Under the pieces are notes generated by a model. The model was not told where the DNA came from. It searched no databases and saw only the letters and a list, made by a program, of their open reading frames with translations. Of a stretch of DNA of 64,000 nucleotides, positions 26,760 through 36,285 are shown in pieces. This DNA comes from Candidatus Thorarchaeota archaeon (GTDB taxonomy: Archaea > Asgardarchaeota > Thorarchaeia > Thorarchaeales > Thorarchaeaceae). The translations under genes were made by a program, and so were the position numbers. The stretch is taken from contig JAEOTX010000039.1 of assembly GCA_016839605.1 (NCBI GenBank), positions 21,497 to 85,496 of the forward strand, written 5' to 3'. How positions within the stretch are numbered: position 1 is the first letter of the stretch; each line of letters starts with the position of its first letter.

Positions 26760-27774
26760 TTTGTTTCAGAGCACTCCATATCGCGTCACTCTTGGGTCTA
26801 GGCATCTCTTTTGAAACGGTTCCAGCAATACCTCTTCTTTCTGAGATTTTGGGAACGATTTTTCCAATGATTGTTGCCATTATCCCTCTGTCGCGCAGCG
26901 CTGAAATAACATCGTCAGAACCTTCAGGGGTACTGGTCATCACCATACATCCACTGCTAATCAACTCCAGAGCATTCACAGAGAGTGTATCACAGATAGC
27001 TAATGTTGAATCATGGAACGGAATCGAGTTCAGGTCGATTTCAAATCCTACCTGACTTGCATCGCATATCTCATGAATACCTCCCAGGAGGCCACCCTCA
27101 GTTGGATCATGCATCGCTGTGATATGTCCTGTTCCAAATGCCACAACTCCATCCTCGACTACACTGATCTTACTCCGTAGATTGAGTGCCTTTTCGATTA
27201 CATCTACTCCTACCCTCTTAGAAAGAAAAGATGCTCCTTCAGCTGCAAGAATTGCAGTGCCTTCTATTGCCGCTGTCTTTGACATTATTAGATAGTCACC
27301 TGGTCTTGCTCCAGCTGAAGTCACATAGTGGCCTTCTGGTGCTATGCCCATCATGAATCCAGCAATGATTGGCCTGTCGATGCCCTCAGTAATCTCAGTG
27401 TGCCCACCAGCCACGGTGATATCAAGTGATAAAGCGGCTTTATGAATCTGTTCCATTATTCGCTCCAAATCGGACTCTTCACAGCCTGATGGAAGCATGA
27501 TAGATGCGAGGAACCAACGGGGTTTGACTCCGAAAGTTGCTACATCGTTTGCATTGATGTGAACAGCAAGCCATCCAATATCTTCAACAGATCCAGTGAT
27601 AGGGTCGGTTGCTGCGACGATGACCGATTCACCCACACGAATCAATGAGGCATCCTCACCGATACCGGGGCCTAGAATGAGATCCTTGTCCTTCTTGCCC
27701 AGATGAGCAAATACAATCCGACTCAATACATCTGGAGGGACTTTCCCTGGTAGCAATATCAAGTACTCCTGCAT
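26746..27774 (-). CDS. AIR synthase-related protein (PurM-like fold; HypE/ThiL/COG2144-like)
   Basis: PurM-like N-domain (DASLIRVGESVIVAATDPITG) and C-domain (GGHTEITEG...) patterns. The exact subfamily cannot be assigned by eye. No C-terminal HypE 'PRIC' motif. Confidence 0.65.
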   Translation of the reverse strand: MQEYLILLPGKVPPDVLSRIVFAHLGKKDKDLILGPGIGEDASLIRVGESVIVAATDPITGSVEDIGWLAVHINANDVATFGVKPRWFLASIMLPSGCEESDLERIMEQIHKAALSLDITVAGGHTEITEGIDRPIIAGFMMGIAPEGHYVTSAGARPGDYLIMSKTAAIEGTAILAAEGASFLSKRVGVDVIEKALNLRSKISVVEDGVVAFGTGHITAMHDPTEGGLLGGIHEICDASQVGFEIDLNSIPFHDSTLAICDTLSVNALELISSGCMVMTSTPEGSDDVISALRDRGIMATIIGKIVPKISERRGIAGTVSKEMPRPKSDAIWSALKQINRT

Positions 27775-27946
27775 ATTCTAGGTGCGCATCAGTCCTGTGC
27801 CTATTGCATGAAAAGGAAATTCATCGAAACCCCATTCGGGGCTCTCCTAACTCACTATGACAACAGACGTTTCTCAGACATGATGCGCAACTTAGGAAGA
27901 GAGAGGATACGGTATAAACTAATCGAGATGGCCTAAGTATGATGAA

Positions 27947-30616
27947 CTAATCAGGGATGTAGGCTTCGGCCTCTTGGAGATCCTCAGACCTGATTCGTGT
28001 TCTTGTCTTGCTCCCACTCAAGAATTCGCCAAGAACGGAGATTTCACGTAATAGCTCCTTCCATAAGAATGCCCTGCCGCCTCCTGTACGAGCCACCAAA
28101 AAGGCTCCGAACGTCTTCCTAAACTCCGGAACAGCGAGAATCGTTTCAACGGGATTATTGTACCCCTCCTTCCTCATTCGAAGATTAGCAGCTAGCTCCA
28201 AGGCATCATGGTATGGGCGTTGCAGGAACTTTGACCAATTTGCATGTTCAGGATTTACGTCTACAGCTGCAATTCGAACCTTTGCCTTTCGAATAAGACG
28301 AGATGCCCTAACAAGATCTCTGATTGGAGTGTATCTTGCATGACCAGGACCCACGGATTGGGCCAGAGGAATGTTAGGTGCAAAGTCAGAGATTAGTACA
28401 ATCAGAGGCTCAATGTCCCGATTCCTCATTCTTTCTCTCCGCACAGTTTCTAATGCTTTCATCAATGCTTCTGCAAGTGGAGTCAGGCCAGATACACGGA
28501 GTTTGCCTAATGCTCTGTAGATCTTGTTCCAGTTGCTTGTAGGAGCTTGAACCTCGATGGCCCCGCTATCCTTGAATGCTATAATACCTGTTCTATCCTT
28601 TGAGCCTCTAGTCTCACGCTCAATAGCTTCAAGAATGTCGCGCACTTCTTTCATTGATCCTTTCATTGACATACTCACATCAATAACTAGCAGCACTGTC
28701 AGAGGTGTACGACCAGTAAACACAGACTCACGGACATCTTCCTTTGAGATTTCAATCCTCTGAGAGGGCCGAAGCCTCCCGAGTCGTGAGACCGCTGCCG
28801 CAATTGTAGCAGGAATGTTGATGCTCCTTGTTTCACCTTGAGGTTTCCGTGACCTGACAGGGCGCCCATATTGACTAGAGTCTGACGTCTTCAGAGACCC
28901 CATTGAGCGAGATGTGACGCGCTTCTGAATCCATCCGCCTGAGGATACAACGGACTTTCTCATAATCTTGGTCTGGAGTTCCTCCATGTCGAATAGCTCT
29001 TCACCAGTGTCTAGATCAGGAAGCTTGACAAAAAACCCTGAATCTAAACCAATTGGCTCTCTGACTTCGGACTTTGAACCAATGATCCTTGTTTCTTTCT
29101 TTGCACTGTACGGTCTCGTAGCAACTCCCCATTCATCTCCAGCTTCTGGAATGCCTTTTCCAGGCTCGACTGTGTCAATGCCTGCTGTAGGCCCGCTTCC
29201 TCGTTTCGTCATAATACTGAGCCACTTTCTGACCAAGAGGTATATGAGAGGTGCGAAAATAATGGTGTCAACAATTAGTGCAGGTACGGATGGAAACTCA
29301 CCAGGGAAAAGCCCGAAGAGAATATTGATCGGAGTCCAGTAAATCCACGCAATGTATGCAAAAGCAACAACCATCATTATAGCACAGATGGTCCCCTTGA
29401 TTGGGTCGCCCAGAGGATTTCTTACTCCTTCAGCTTTTTTTTTTTGACCTTCCTGCTTTCCGCCAGTTGCGAATTTTCCACCACGGCCGAACCGACCACC
29501 ACTCATGCGCTTGCCAGACTCATCTTTTTCAGAAGGTGGCACCTCGGTTGGAGACGCACGTTTGTCACTCTTCTTGGTAATCTGTGCAGCTTTTGTGATT
29601 GCCATGTCTATGTCGTTGGTTGATGGTGGTTCCAGAAGACCGCCTCTGCGAGTTCTATGACTCAAGGTAAGCTGCGCAGCAAGCTTCATGTCATCCAATG
29701 TGACTTCAGTACGACCTTCGTAAGCTGCGTTTGCTATAGCGGCCTTGCTGATTATAATATCCGGTCTGACACCATCCACCTCAAGTGCGTCAGTAGCCAT
29801 GGCGATTGCACGAAGACTGTGATCCGGTAGGTGCACTTCATGAAGGATGGATTTAGCGTGGACAATCTTCTCTCTAAGCTCAGTCTGTTGTTGCGACCAG
29901 TCTTCCTCGAACTGCTCAGGGTCATCCTCAAACGCCAAGTTCCTTCTTACAAGCTGCATTCGCTCTTCCACAGTATGTTCAGCACCCACTGCAACATGCA
30001 ATGGAAAGCGGTCCAACAGCTGAGGTCTAAGTTCACCTTCTTCAGGATTCATCGTACCTATTAGAACGAAATCCGAAGGATGAGCAATTGAGATTCCTTC
30101 TCGTTCTATTACATTGATTTTTGTGGCTGCTGCATCAAGCAGGTCATCGACCAAATGATCTGGGAGAAGGTTGACCTCATCAACATAGAGCACATTCTGA
30201 TGGGACTCCGCGAGAATACCAGGTCTCAGTGCCTGAATACCTTCCTGAAGGACACGTTCGATGTCAAGTGCTCCAATCAGTCGGTCTTCAGTTGTGGAGA
30301 GGGGGAGATTTACTACGCGCATCTTTCGTGTGACGCTCTTCAGAGTCTTCTTTTGGGCTAGGAGATCCAAGCAATCTTGGCACAGGAACTCCTCTCGATG
30401 AGGATTGCATCCAAATCGACACGCTTCTACCACATCAACTTCAGGCAAGAGGTCAGCGAGTGCTCTTACAACAGTAGTCTTTCCAGTCCCCTTGGCTCCT
30501 GATATTAGGACTCCGCCGATCCGTGGATTGACACCATTCAGAATCAGAGCTAGCTTTAGCTTTGTGAGTCCGACAATAGATGTGAATGGTAACACGGATC
30601 TTTTCAGTTCACCCAA
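27947..30616 (-). CDS. ChlI/ChlD (BchD)-like protein with an N-terminal AAA+ ATPase (Cys4 zinc-ribbon insert), a Gly/Lys-rich linker carrying a predicted two-helix TM hairpin, and a C-terminal vWA domain
   Basis: PFTSIVGLTKLKLALILNGVNPRIGGVLISGAKGTGKTT (Walker A, ChlI-like), LYVDEVNLL (Walker B), and the insert CRFGCNPHREEFLCQDCLD. Linker GGRFGRGGKFATGGKQEGQKKK, then ICAIMMVVAFAYIAWIYW...LIVDTIIFAPLIYLLV (TM hairpin). vWA MIDAS motif VLLVIDVSMSMKGS. Confidence 0.8.
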   Translation of the reverse strand: MGELKRSVLPFTSIVGLTKLKLALILNGVNPRIGGVLISGAKGTGKTTVVRALADLLPEVDVVEACRFGCNPHREEFLCQDCLDLLAQKKTLKSVTRKMRVVNLPLSTTEDRLIGALDIERVLQEGIQALRPGILAESHQNVLYVDEVNLLPDHLVDDLLDAAATKINVIEREGISIAHPSDFVLIGTMNPEEGELRPQLLDRFPLHVAVGAEHTVEERMQLVRRNLAFEDDPEQFEEDWSQQQTELREKIVHAKSILHEVHLPDHSLRAIAMATDALEVDGVRPDIIISKAAIANAAYEGRTEVTLDDMKLAAQLTLSHRTRRGGLLEPPSTNDIDMAITKAAQITKKSDKRASPTEVPPSEKDESGKRMSGGRFGRGGKFATGGKQEGQKKKAEGVRNPLGDPIKGTICAIMMVVAFAYIAWIYWTPINILFGLFPGEFPSVPALIVDTIIFAPLIYLLVRKWLSIMTKRGSGPTAGIDTVEPGKGIPEAGDEWGVATRPYSAKKETRIIGSKSEVREPIGLDSGFFVKLPDLDTGEELFDMEELQTKIMRKSVVSSGGWIQKRVTSRSMGSLKTSDSSQYGRPVRSRKPQGETRSINIPATIAAAVSRLGRLRPSQRIEISKEDVRESVFTGRTPLTVLLVIDVSMSMKGSMKEVRDILEAIERETRGSKDRTGIIAFKDSGAIEVQAPTSNWNKIYRALGKLRVSGLTPLAEALMKALETVRRERMRNRDIEPLIVLISDFAPNIPLAQSVGPGHARYTPIRDLVRASRLIRKAKVRIAAVDVNPEHANWSKFLQRPYHDALELAANLRMRKEGYNNPVETILAVPEFRKTFGAFLVARTGGGRAFLWKELLREISVLGEFLSGSKTRTRIRSEDLQEAEAYIPD

Positions 30617-30660
30617 GTTTACTACAGCCCATGCAGAAAAAGTAACACACTCAAATAAGG

Positions 30661-31887
30661 GTGCGCGTCTATGTAAGTGTGGGATTGTTTATGATTTCTC
30701 ACCTTCTCCATCTCGAATGTCCTCAATGTAGTAGAAGTCATTCAGCTGAAACTCATGCCACTTTCTGTGTATGTGGGTCACCACTCTTTGCCGTGTACGA
30801 TCTATTCAGTGTAATCGAGGACATTCAGAGGGAGCAATTTCCCACAGAAGTTAATTCCATGTGGAGATACTCACAACTTCTTCCAGTGAAGTCACCATCT
30901 TTCATTTACAGCCTAGGAGAAGGATGGACTCCACTAACCAGCACTAGACGCCTTGGGAAGCATCTTGGCCTGAGATTCCTCAGTATCAAGGATGAGGCCC
31001 AAAATCCAACTGGCTCTTTCAAAGACAGGGGTTTGTGTGTTGCTATATCCAAGCACCTAGAGCTGGGATCCACATCATTCGCGTTGCCCTCGGCAGGTAA
31101 TGCAGCAGTTTCAACGAGTGCCTATAGTGCCGCTGGAGGAGCCGAATGTCATATCTTTATGCCATCAGATACACCTGAGCCGTTCTTCCACGATTGCATT
31201 ATCTACGGTGCTGAAACTGCTCGAGTGAATGGCAACATATCTGATTGTGGCAAAGCCATGAGAAAAGCAGAAGGTGAATGGACTGACCTGTCAACAACAA
31301 AAGAACCCTATAGAGTTGAGGGGAAAAAAACTCTAGCTTTTGAGATTGCTGAGCAGATGGGATGGAAAGTTCCCGATGCAATAATCTGCCCCACAGGAGG
31401 AGGCACTGCTCTAATCGGAATCTGGAAAGGCCTTGATGAGCTAGAAGCACTAGGTCTAATTGAAAGCAAAAGGCCGAGAATGTATGCAGCTCAAAGCGCG
31501 GGTTGCGCACCCATTGTGAGGGCAATCGAACAGAGAAGCGAAGAAATACAGCCCTGGCAGATTAGTGAAACAGAAGCCTTAGGATTGAGGGTTCCTAGTC
31601 CATTTGCTGGAAGACTGATTCTCGCCGCGATTCGACAATCAGGGGGTGGAGCTGTAGCTGTGGCTGAACAGGAAATTGAGCCCTGCCACAGAATGGCGGC
31701 ACGTATGGAGGGGATGGACTTCTGTCCAGAAGCTGCTGTTGGACTCGCAGGCATCCGGAATCTTGTGGAGATGGGAGAGATTGATTTTGACGAAGAGATA
31801 GTGCTCTTGAACACGGGTTCGGGAGCAAGATACTACTATGGAAATCAGAATCAGACAAAGCCAGAATCTTCTGAAAAAGAGCCATAG
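30661..31887 (+). CDS. thrC: Threonine synthase (archaeal type with N-terminal zinc ribbon)
   Basis: GSFKDRG (PLP-Lys motif), Cys-rich N-terminus ECPQCSRSH...CVCGSP, GGGTALIG. 408 aa. The true start may be the internal Met 10 codons downstream. Confidence 0.85.
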   Translation: MRVYVSVGLFMISHLLHLECPQCSRSHSAETHATFCVCGSPLFAVYDLFSVIEDIQREQFPTEVNSMWRYSQLLPVKSPSFIYSLGEGWTPLTSTRRLGKHLGLRFLSIKDEAQNPTGSFKDRGLCVAISKHLELGSTSFALPSAGNAAVSTSAYSAAGGAECHIFMPSDTPEPFFHDCIIYGAETARVNGNISDCGKAMRKAEGEWTDLSTTKEPYRVEGKKTLAFEIAEQMGWKVPDAIICPTGGGTALIGIWKGLDELEALGLIESKRPRMYAAQSAGCAPIVRAIEQRSEEIQPWQISETEALGLRVPSPFAGRLILAAIRQSGGGAVAVAEQEIEPCHRMAARMEGMDFCPEAAVGLAGIRNLVEMGEIDFDEEIVLLNTGSGARYYYGNQNQTKPESSEKEP

Positions 31888-31954
31888 CGTTAATAGGATG
31901 GTATTAGTGGAAATAATCTAAGGCTGCAATAGGATTGAGCCTTGAGCAACAGCT

Positions 31955-33139
31955 GTGCGCTCCGGAGGAAACCAGTTGACTAGTTCAACCGCCCCTGATA
32001 CAAATGACGAAACTCATTTTCGTAATGTTAGAGAATCGTTGGGTATTGGAAAACTGGAAGCTGGGATTGCAATTCTGATTGTCTTTGCATTCTTCTGGTC
32101 CGAATTCACACATTTCGATCCACTAGTTATAATACTTCTAGGAATCATAGGTGGAATTTGGCTTGCCTTCAGGCCCTCGGAGTGGGCTGTAGAAGGCATT
32201 GAAAGCGTTTCGGGGCACATGGGATATACAACCTACATTGCTGGACTGCTATCAAGTCTGGCCAGCAACATGCCAGAAGCAGTAATCAGCGGCTTGACGG
32301 CTTTCAATGGTTTCACGCAGAATCGACCAGAGCTTCTGACAATCGCCATACTCTCAGTCCTAATAGCAGGCGGTTTCAACATGCTCTTGCTTGGGATCAC
32401 TATAGTAATCGCAACTCGCAAGAAAGACGACTTGCCAGTACCCGAGGAAGCTATCAAGAAGGACTCGGTCCTCATTCGTTGGACTATTGTAGCCCTTGCC
32501 AGTATGTTTGCACTTGGAATTGTTGATGTGACGTTCTCTGGAGGAACTGGCAATCCGCTCTTTCCATGGGAGGCGTCTCTCATCCTGTTCCTTTCGTATA
32601 TCCTCTATTCTATTGACCTCATGAGAGGAGAAGAAGTAGAAAATGCAGAGCGCTCACATCCGCACCATTCAAAGCGATCTGCATCAATCCTCTGTGCAGC
32701 AGGTTTCCTGGGAATTTTCCTTGCAGGTGATCTTCTCACTACTTCGGTTGATATTTTGCTAACAACATATGATACGCAAATTAGCAGTGTGGCCAATCCC
32801 ATCACAATAGCTGCATTGATTCTTGGTGCTGCAGGTGCATTGCCCGAACATGGAATTGCAATTGTTGCTGCTTTGAAAGGAAAAGTTGGCATTGCTGTAG
32901 GGAATCTTGTTGGAGGGATTCTTCAGATTCTGCTTCTTGTTATGGGTGGAATTGGGATTTTCGTACCGATACCTATGAACCGCTATGTACTGTTCCAGAT
33001 AGTGGTTATTGCAGGCAGCCTATGGTTCCTCGCGCGTGCCATATCTGATGATCATAAACTGGACACGTTCGAGGGTATGATGATAATATTGTTACAAGCC
33101 TATGTGTTTGCGCTCCTTATCTGGGGCACGCCTATATGA
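31955..33139 (+). CDS. Ca2+/cation antiporter (CaCA) family membrane protein
   Basis: Two alpha-repeat-like motifs (ASNMPEAVISG and GALPEHGIAIVAALKGKVGIAVGNLVGG) resemble the GNSxPE / G(S/N)xxPE repeats of Na+/Ca2+ exchanger-type (YrbG-like) proteins. At least 10 hydrophobic helices. Confidence 0.55.
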   Translation: MRSGGNQLTSSTAPDTNDETHFRNVRESLGIGKLEAGIAILIVFAFFWSEFTHFDPLVIILLGIIGGIWLAFRPSEWAVEGIESVSGHMGYTTYIAGLLSSLASNMPEAVISGLTAFNGFTQNRPELLTIAILSVLIAGGFNMLLLGITIVIATRKKDDLPVPEEAIKKDSVLIRWTIVALASMFALGIVDVTFSGGTGNPLFPWEASLILFLSYILYSIDLMRGEEVENAERSHPHHSKRSASILCAAGFLGIFLAGDLLTTSVDILLTTYDTQISSVANPITIAALILGAAGALPEHGIAIVAALKGKVGIAVGNLVGGILQILLLVMGGIGIFVPIPMNRYVLFQIVVIAGSLWFLARAISDDHKLDTFEGMMIILLQAYVFALLIWGTPI

Positions 33140-33764
33140 CGTGCGGGAGAATTGACCGCAGGTCGTTCTCCTTGATTGTCAGCATCGCGGAATCAGCAAC
33201 TTCTTCATCCTCGGGTCTGAACGCAATCGAGAGACCCACCACTCCAAAAGCCGAGATATCATTTCTGCCGTCGCCCACAAATGCCGTTTCAGACAGTGGG
33301 ACCTTGAAATGATTACAGATGTGTTTCAGTTCTTGCACTTTCTCGCCCCATCCAACACGGACCTCAACTTCTCCGGTCAGCAGCCCATTCTTGTGAATCA
33401 AGCGATTAGTAAGAACGTATTCAATTCCAAGACGTCTGGCGATGTTCTCTGCTAGAACATCCAAACCTCCTGAGAGGATTGCCACATTGATCCCGTGCTC
33501 CCTAAGACTGGTCACTGTTTCAGCCGCTCCTGGCACCAACTCAGTCGCTTCGACTAGCTTGACAACTTCATCAAGGGGTTGACCCTTCCAAAGACCGGCA
33601 TCAAAGTCAGCCCAATCGTTGTATGAAATCTGACCTGAGAAGTACTGGTCAAAGAAATTCTTTCCTTCCTTCTCCGTATTGAAATGCTCATGTAGCCTCC
33701 ACCAAATGGATGAATGGCTAGTCAATGTTCCATCGACATCGAAGACAACAAGTTTGACAACCAT
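33132..33764 (-). CDS. HAD-superfamily hydrolase, phosphoserine phosphatase-like (subfamily IB)
   Basis: VVFDVDGTLT (motif I), SGG (motif II region), VGDGRNDISAF (motif IV). Confidence 0.7.
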   Translation of the reverse strand: MVVKLVVFDVDGTLTSHSSIWWRLHEHFNTEKEGKNFFDQYFSGQISYNDWADFDAGLWKGQPLDEVVKLVEATELVPGAAETVTSLREHGINVAILSGGLDVLAENIARRLGIEYVLTNRLIHKNGLLTGEVEVRVGWGEKVQELKHICNHFKVPLSETAFVGDGRNDISAFGVVGLSIAFRPEDEEVADSAMLTIKENDLRSILPHVI

Positions 33765-33798
33765 CTATAGATATCTCCGGTGAAAAGAATGAATTAGC

Positions 33799-34467
33799 TT
33801 AGCTTTGTGCCTCACGCTCTCGTTCTTCCTGAGCTTCCTTCTCAAGGTCAGCAAGAAGCTCATCAATGCGCTTCTCTTCGGTCTTGACTTGCTCCACGGG
33901 TTTTTTGCCAATAGGAGTCTCCAATGATGGAAGAACTCCCTCCTTTTCTAGAAGGACTTCAGCCTCCATGGACTCCAACTGTCGCTCAATCCGCTCATCT
34001 GATTCTACAGTCGAGTCACCTGTGGAGAGATCTTCAGAAAGAAGCTCCCCTGCAATGGTGATATGTTCAAAGGACTCAGAGAGCTTGTCTAGTTGCATTT
34101 GTATCTCAGCCGGTCTAAGCATAGCACGAGCATCTGTAAGTGCATCATTAGCGATTGTAAATGCCCTCAGGACTTCAGCCTGGTCCTTTGCTTCCTCTAT
34201 GTTCAGTAAGGCGGTCTCAAGAGTCAGGTATTGCTGCTGATATCGACCGCGTCTGCTCTCCAATTCAACAACGATTGAGAGATGCGAGCGTGCCACGTCG
34301 CGATCCCCTTGCGACATGGCCTCCTTGGCTTTCTTCTGCTCCTCCGATCTTCGAGTATCCAATCTTCGAATTCGTAGAGTCAGAGCATTCATAGTACCCT
34401 TGATCTCAAGCATGCCCCGTTCGGCATCAACCTTTTTCTTTCCGCTCAGGAAGCCCATAACGTCCAC
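33799..34467 (-). CDS. ESCRT-III / Snf7 (CHMP)-family protein with an acidic C-terminal tail
   Basis: N-terminus MGFLSGKKK, then KKAKEAMSQGDRDVARSHL...ELESRRGRYQQQYLTLETALLNIEEAKDQAEVLRAFTIANDALTDARAMLRPAEIQMQLDKLSESFEH. This parallels the Snf7/CHMP4 core (kkA..a.k.Gnkd.A...L.rKk..e.q...l...l..ie.....le.a..n.evl.am...akamk.....mdid.vd.lmd.i.e). The C-terminus is acidic (EKEAQEEREREAQS). Confidence 0.65.
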   Translation of the reverse strand: MDVMGFLSGKKKVDAERGMLEIKGTMNALTLRIRRLDTRRSEEQKKAKEAMSQGDRDVARSHLSIVVELESRRGRYQQQYLTLETALLNIEEAKDQAEVLRAFTIANDALTDARAMLRPAEIQMQLDKLSESFEHITIAGELLSEDLSTGDSTVESDERIERQLESMEAEVLLEKEGVLPSLETPIGKKPVEQVKTEEKRIDELLADLEKEAQEEREREAQS

Positions 34468-34613
34468 CGAGGATAGACCTTGTTCTGTTGTGATGTCATC
34501 ACTTTGCCCATTTAAACGATTTGAATACAGTTTGAAGCTTATGTGATGAGATACCGCAGGAGGACCATAGGGTTTTAGAGCTGTTCACCGGAGATGAAGA
34601 TGAGGCCCGGATC

Positions 34614-35423
34614 ATGTCATTGACAAAAGACCTAACCAAAGCTGTGGATTGTGCAAGAACAGCCATTTTGAATAATCTCGCAGAAGCTGCGGAGCTGACT
34701 GGTGAAACCAATCAGTATGGAGATAAGACGCTCCTTCTTGACAAAAAAGCCGAAGATGCAATCATCGAAATAATACTCCAACTAGACACACCTATGATTA
34801 TTCTAAGTGAAGAAAGCGGCCTCATTGTACCTGAGAGTAGACCTGAATACGTTGCAGTTATAGATCCAATAGACGGCTCAGCCAACCTTGAGAGAGGGAT
34901 TCCACTTTGTTCGACTGGCATATCTGCGGTCAGGCACTCGGAGATTATGACAACTGATGATGCGGAAATCAGCATAATTGAATCCGTTTTTTCGGAAGAG
35001 ACCTTCATCGCTGAGAAGGGACAAGGAGTCCGAAGAAATGGAAAGACCATCAGAGTCGCAGATCCAATACCTTTGGAGAAATCCATAATCTCCTATGACA
35101 CTAAGAAATCTGGAGATGATGCGTTTCTGACGAGCTCCATGAGGGTGTTAGAGGGAGTCCATGACATTCGCCGATCTGCGAGCAATCTGTTGGACCTGTG
35201 TTGGGTAGCCTCTGGTGCACTAAATGCGATGGTAGATTTGAGGGGGATGCTCCCAATCGTCCATGTATCAGGAACACACATGGTTTTCGAGGCGGGAGGT
35301 TATGTGATAGGGAAAGATGGAATGAGGCTAAATCTGCCCATTGTTGCAGAACAGATGATGAGCTTTGTAGCTGCATCAGATGAAACTACAGCTAATAGGA
35401 TACTGGCGCTCTTTAGGGGCTAA
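34614..35423 (+). CDS. suhB: Inositol monophosphatase / fructose-1,6-bisphosphatase family protein (archaeal IMPase/FBPase)
   Basis: VIDPIDGSANL is the IMPase DPIDGT motif. WVASGALNAMVDL is the C-terminal WD-x-AAG-like region. 269 aa. Confidence 0.8.
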   Translation: MSLTKDLTKAVDCARTAILNNLAEAAELTGETNQYGDKTLLLDKKAEDAIIEIILQLDTPMIILSEESGLIVPESRPEYVAVIDPIDGSANLERGIPLCSTGISAVRHSEIMTTDDAEISIIESVFSEETFIAEKGQGVRRNGKTIRVADPIPLEKSIISYDTKKSGDDAFLTSSMRVLEGVHDIRRSASNLLDLCWVASGALNAMVDLRGMLPIVHVSGTHMVFEAGGYVIGKDGMRLNLPIVAEQMMSFVAASDETTANRILALFRG

Positions 35424-35485
35424 TAAGGGGAGTGTCATTGTAACGGAGGAATCGCTAAGCAACTGGGTCTGAAGATAGGGCTCAG

Positions 35486-35923
35486 CTAATCAGACTCATC
35501 CTCCGAAGTATCAGCGACGACTTCATCTTCGGGTTCTTCAGTCTCTTCGTCTTCCTCTGTTTCTTCCTCGCCGGCTTCCTCCTCATCCTCCTGTTCTGCT
35601 ACTTCTTCCTCTTCCTCTTCTTCCTCCTCATCAGAAACGGCAGAAGGAACAAGTCTGTAGACATAGAAATAGCCAATGAAGACGCTCACTAAGGAGAGTA
35701 GAAGTGTTATCCAGAAAGCACCACCTGTGCCAAACCATGTCACAGGATTGATTACGAGTTCACTTCTTGCTGCTCCGAAGACAACAGTCTGGAACCATAT
35801 TGGAACTCCAAAAGCAAAAGGTATGCAAATCACAACCAGTAGGATAATCGACATGATAATCTCAGCTGTGTAAATCAGGATTTTTCGTAGTGTGCTATCT
35901 ACCGCTTTCTTTGCAGCCGACAT
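35486..35923 (-). CDS. Small membrane protein (2-3 TM) with an acidic poly-Glu C-terminal tail
   Basis: Hydrophobic helices (IIMSIILLVVICIPFAFGVPIWF; AFWITLLLSLVSVFIGYFYV), then DEEEEEEEEEVAEQEDEEEAGEEETEEDEETEE. Confidence 0.5.
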   Translation of the reverse strand: MSAAKKAVDSTLRKILIYTAEIIMSIILLVVICIPFAFGVPIWFQTVVFGAARSELVINPVTWFGTGGAFWITLLLSLVSVFIGYFYVYRLVPSAVSDEEEEEEEEEVAEQEDEEEAGEEETEEDEETEEPEDEVVADTSEDESD

Positions 35924-35957
35924 TTCGTTCGCCTTGGATTGCCGACTTGGGCTTGCC

Positions 35958-35964
35958 TTTAAAA
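35958..35964 (-). promoter_or_regulatory. Candidate archaeal TATA box (TTTAAAA) about 35 bp upstream of the minus-strand gene starting at 35923
   Basis: A/T heptamer in an otherwise GC-balanced leader, at a position compatible with an archaeal TATA box plus a short 5' UTR. Not verified. Confidence 0.25.
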
Positions 35965-36006
35965 CCTGCCGTCAATGGGATTGCCTGGAGAAGAAAGGGA
36001 TTCGTA

Positions 36007-36077
36007 CAGGGAGTCCGAGAAAGAGTTGTGATTGAGAGGAGGGAGAGGGAGGAGAGGAGATTTGTTCGGACTCCCTG
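36007..36077. other. Perfect 12-bp inverted repeat (CAGGGAGTCCGA...TCGGACTCCCTG) enclosing a 47-nt GA-rich loop
   Basis: Read directly: cagggagtccga gaaagagttgtgattgagaggagggagagggaggagaggagatttgt tcggactccctg. Lies in a 490-bp non-coding gap. Confidence 0.8.
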
Positions 36078-36228
36078 TTCAATATTAAGTAGGGTAAGAT
36101 TACTATATAAAAGTATATCATATATCATATTAGCATCTATGAGGGGACTGCAGCCTCTCAGGTAATCTAGATGATCATGTTTCTTGCCAGCAGCTTTAGT
36201 CCTGAGAGAATAAGAAGAAGGGAAAAGC

Positions 36229-36285
36229 GGGGCCGGAGAACGCTTGAAGGAGGAGAGAGAGAGAGATATGAGAGAGAACGGCCCC
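36229..36285. other. 7-bp inverted repeat (GGGGCCG...CGGCCCC) enclosing a 43-nt GA-rich loop
   Basis: Read directly: ggggccg gagaacgcttgaaggaggagagagagagagatatgagagagaa cggcccc. Same intergenic region, 150 bp from the first hairpin. Confidence 0.75.

Noticed and set aside
27790-27830. Small hairpin ccccattcgggg downstream of the ChlID-like gene, considered as a terminator
   Set aside because: Only a 4-bp GC stem with a short T-rich run on the coding strand. This is plausible as a weak archaeal terminator but too weak to annotate.
30661-30720. Possible mis-annotated ThrC start (hydrophobic MRVYVSVGLFMISHL...) suggesting a signal peptide
   Set aside because: The Cys-rich segment just after it is the usual archaeal ThrC zinc ribbon. 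The hydrophobic stretch most likely reflects ORF extension upstream of the real start at the second Met, not secretion.
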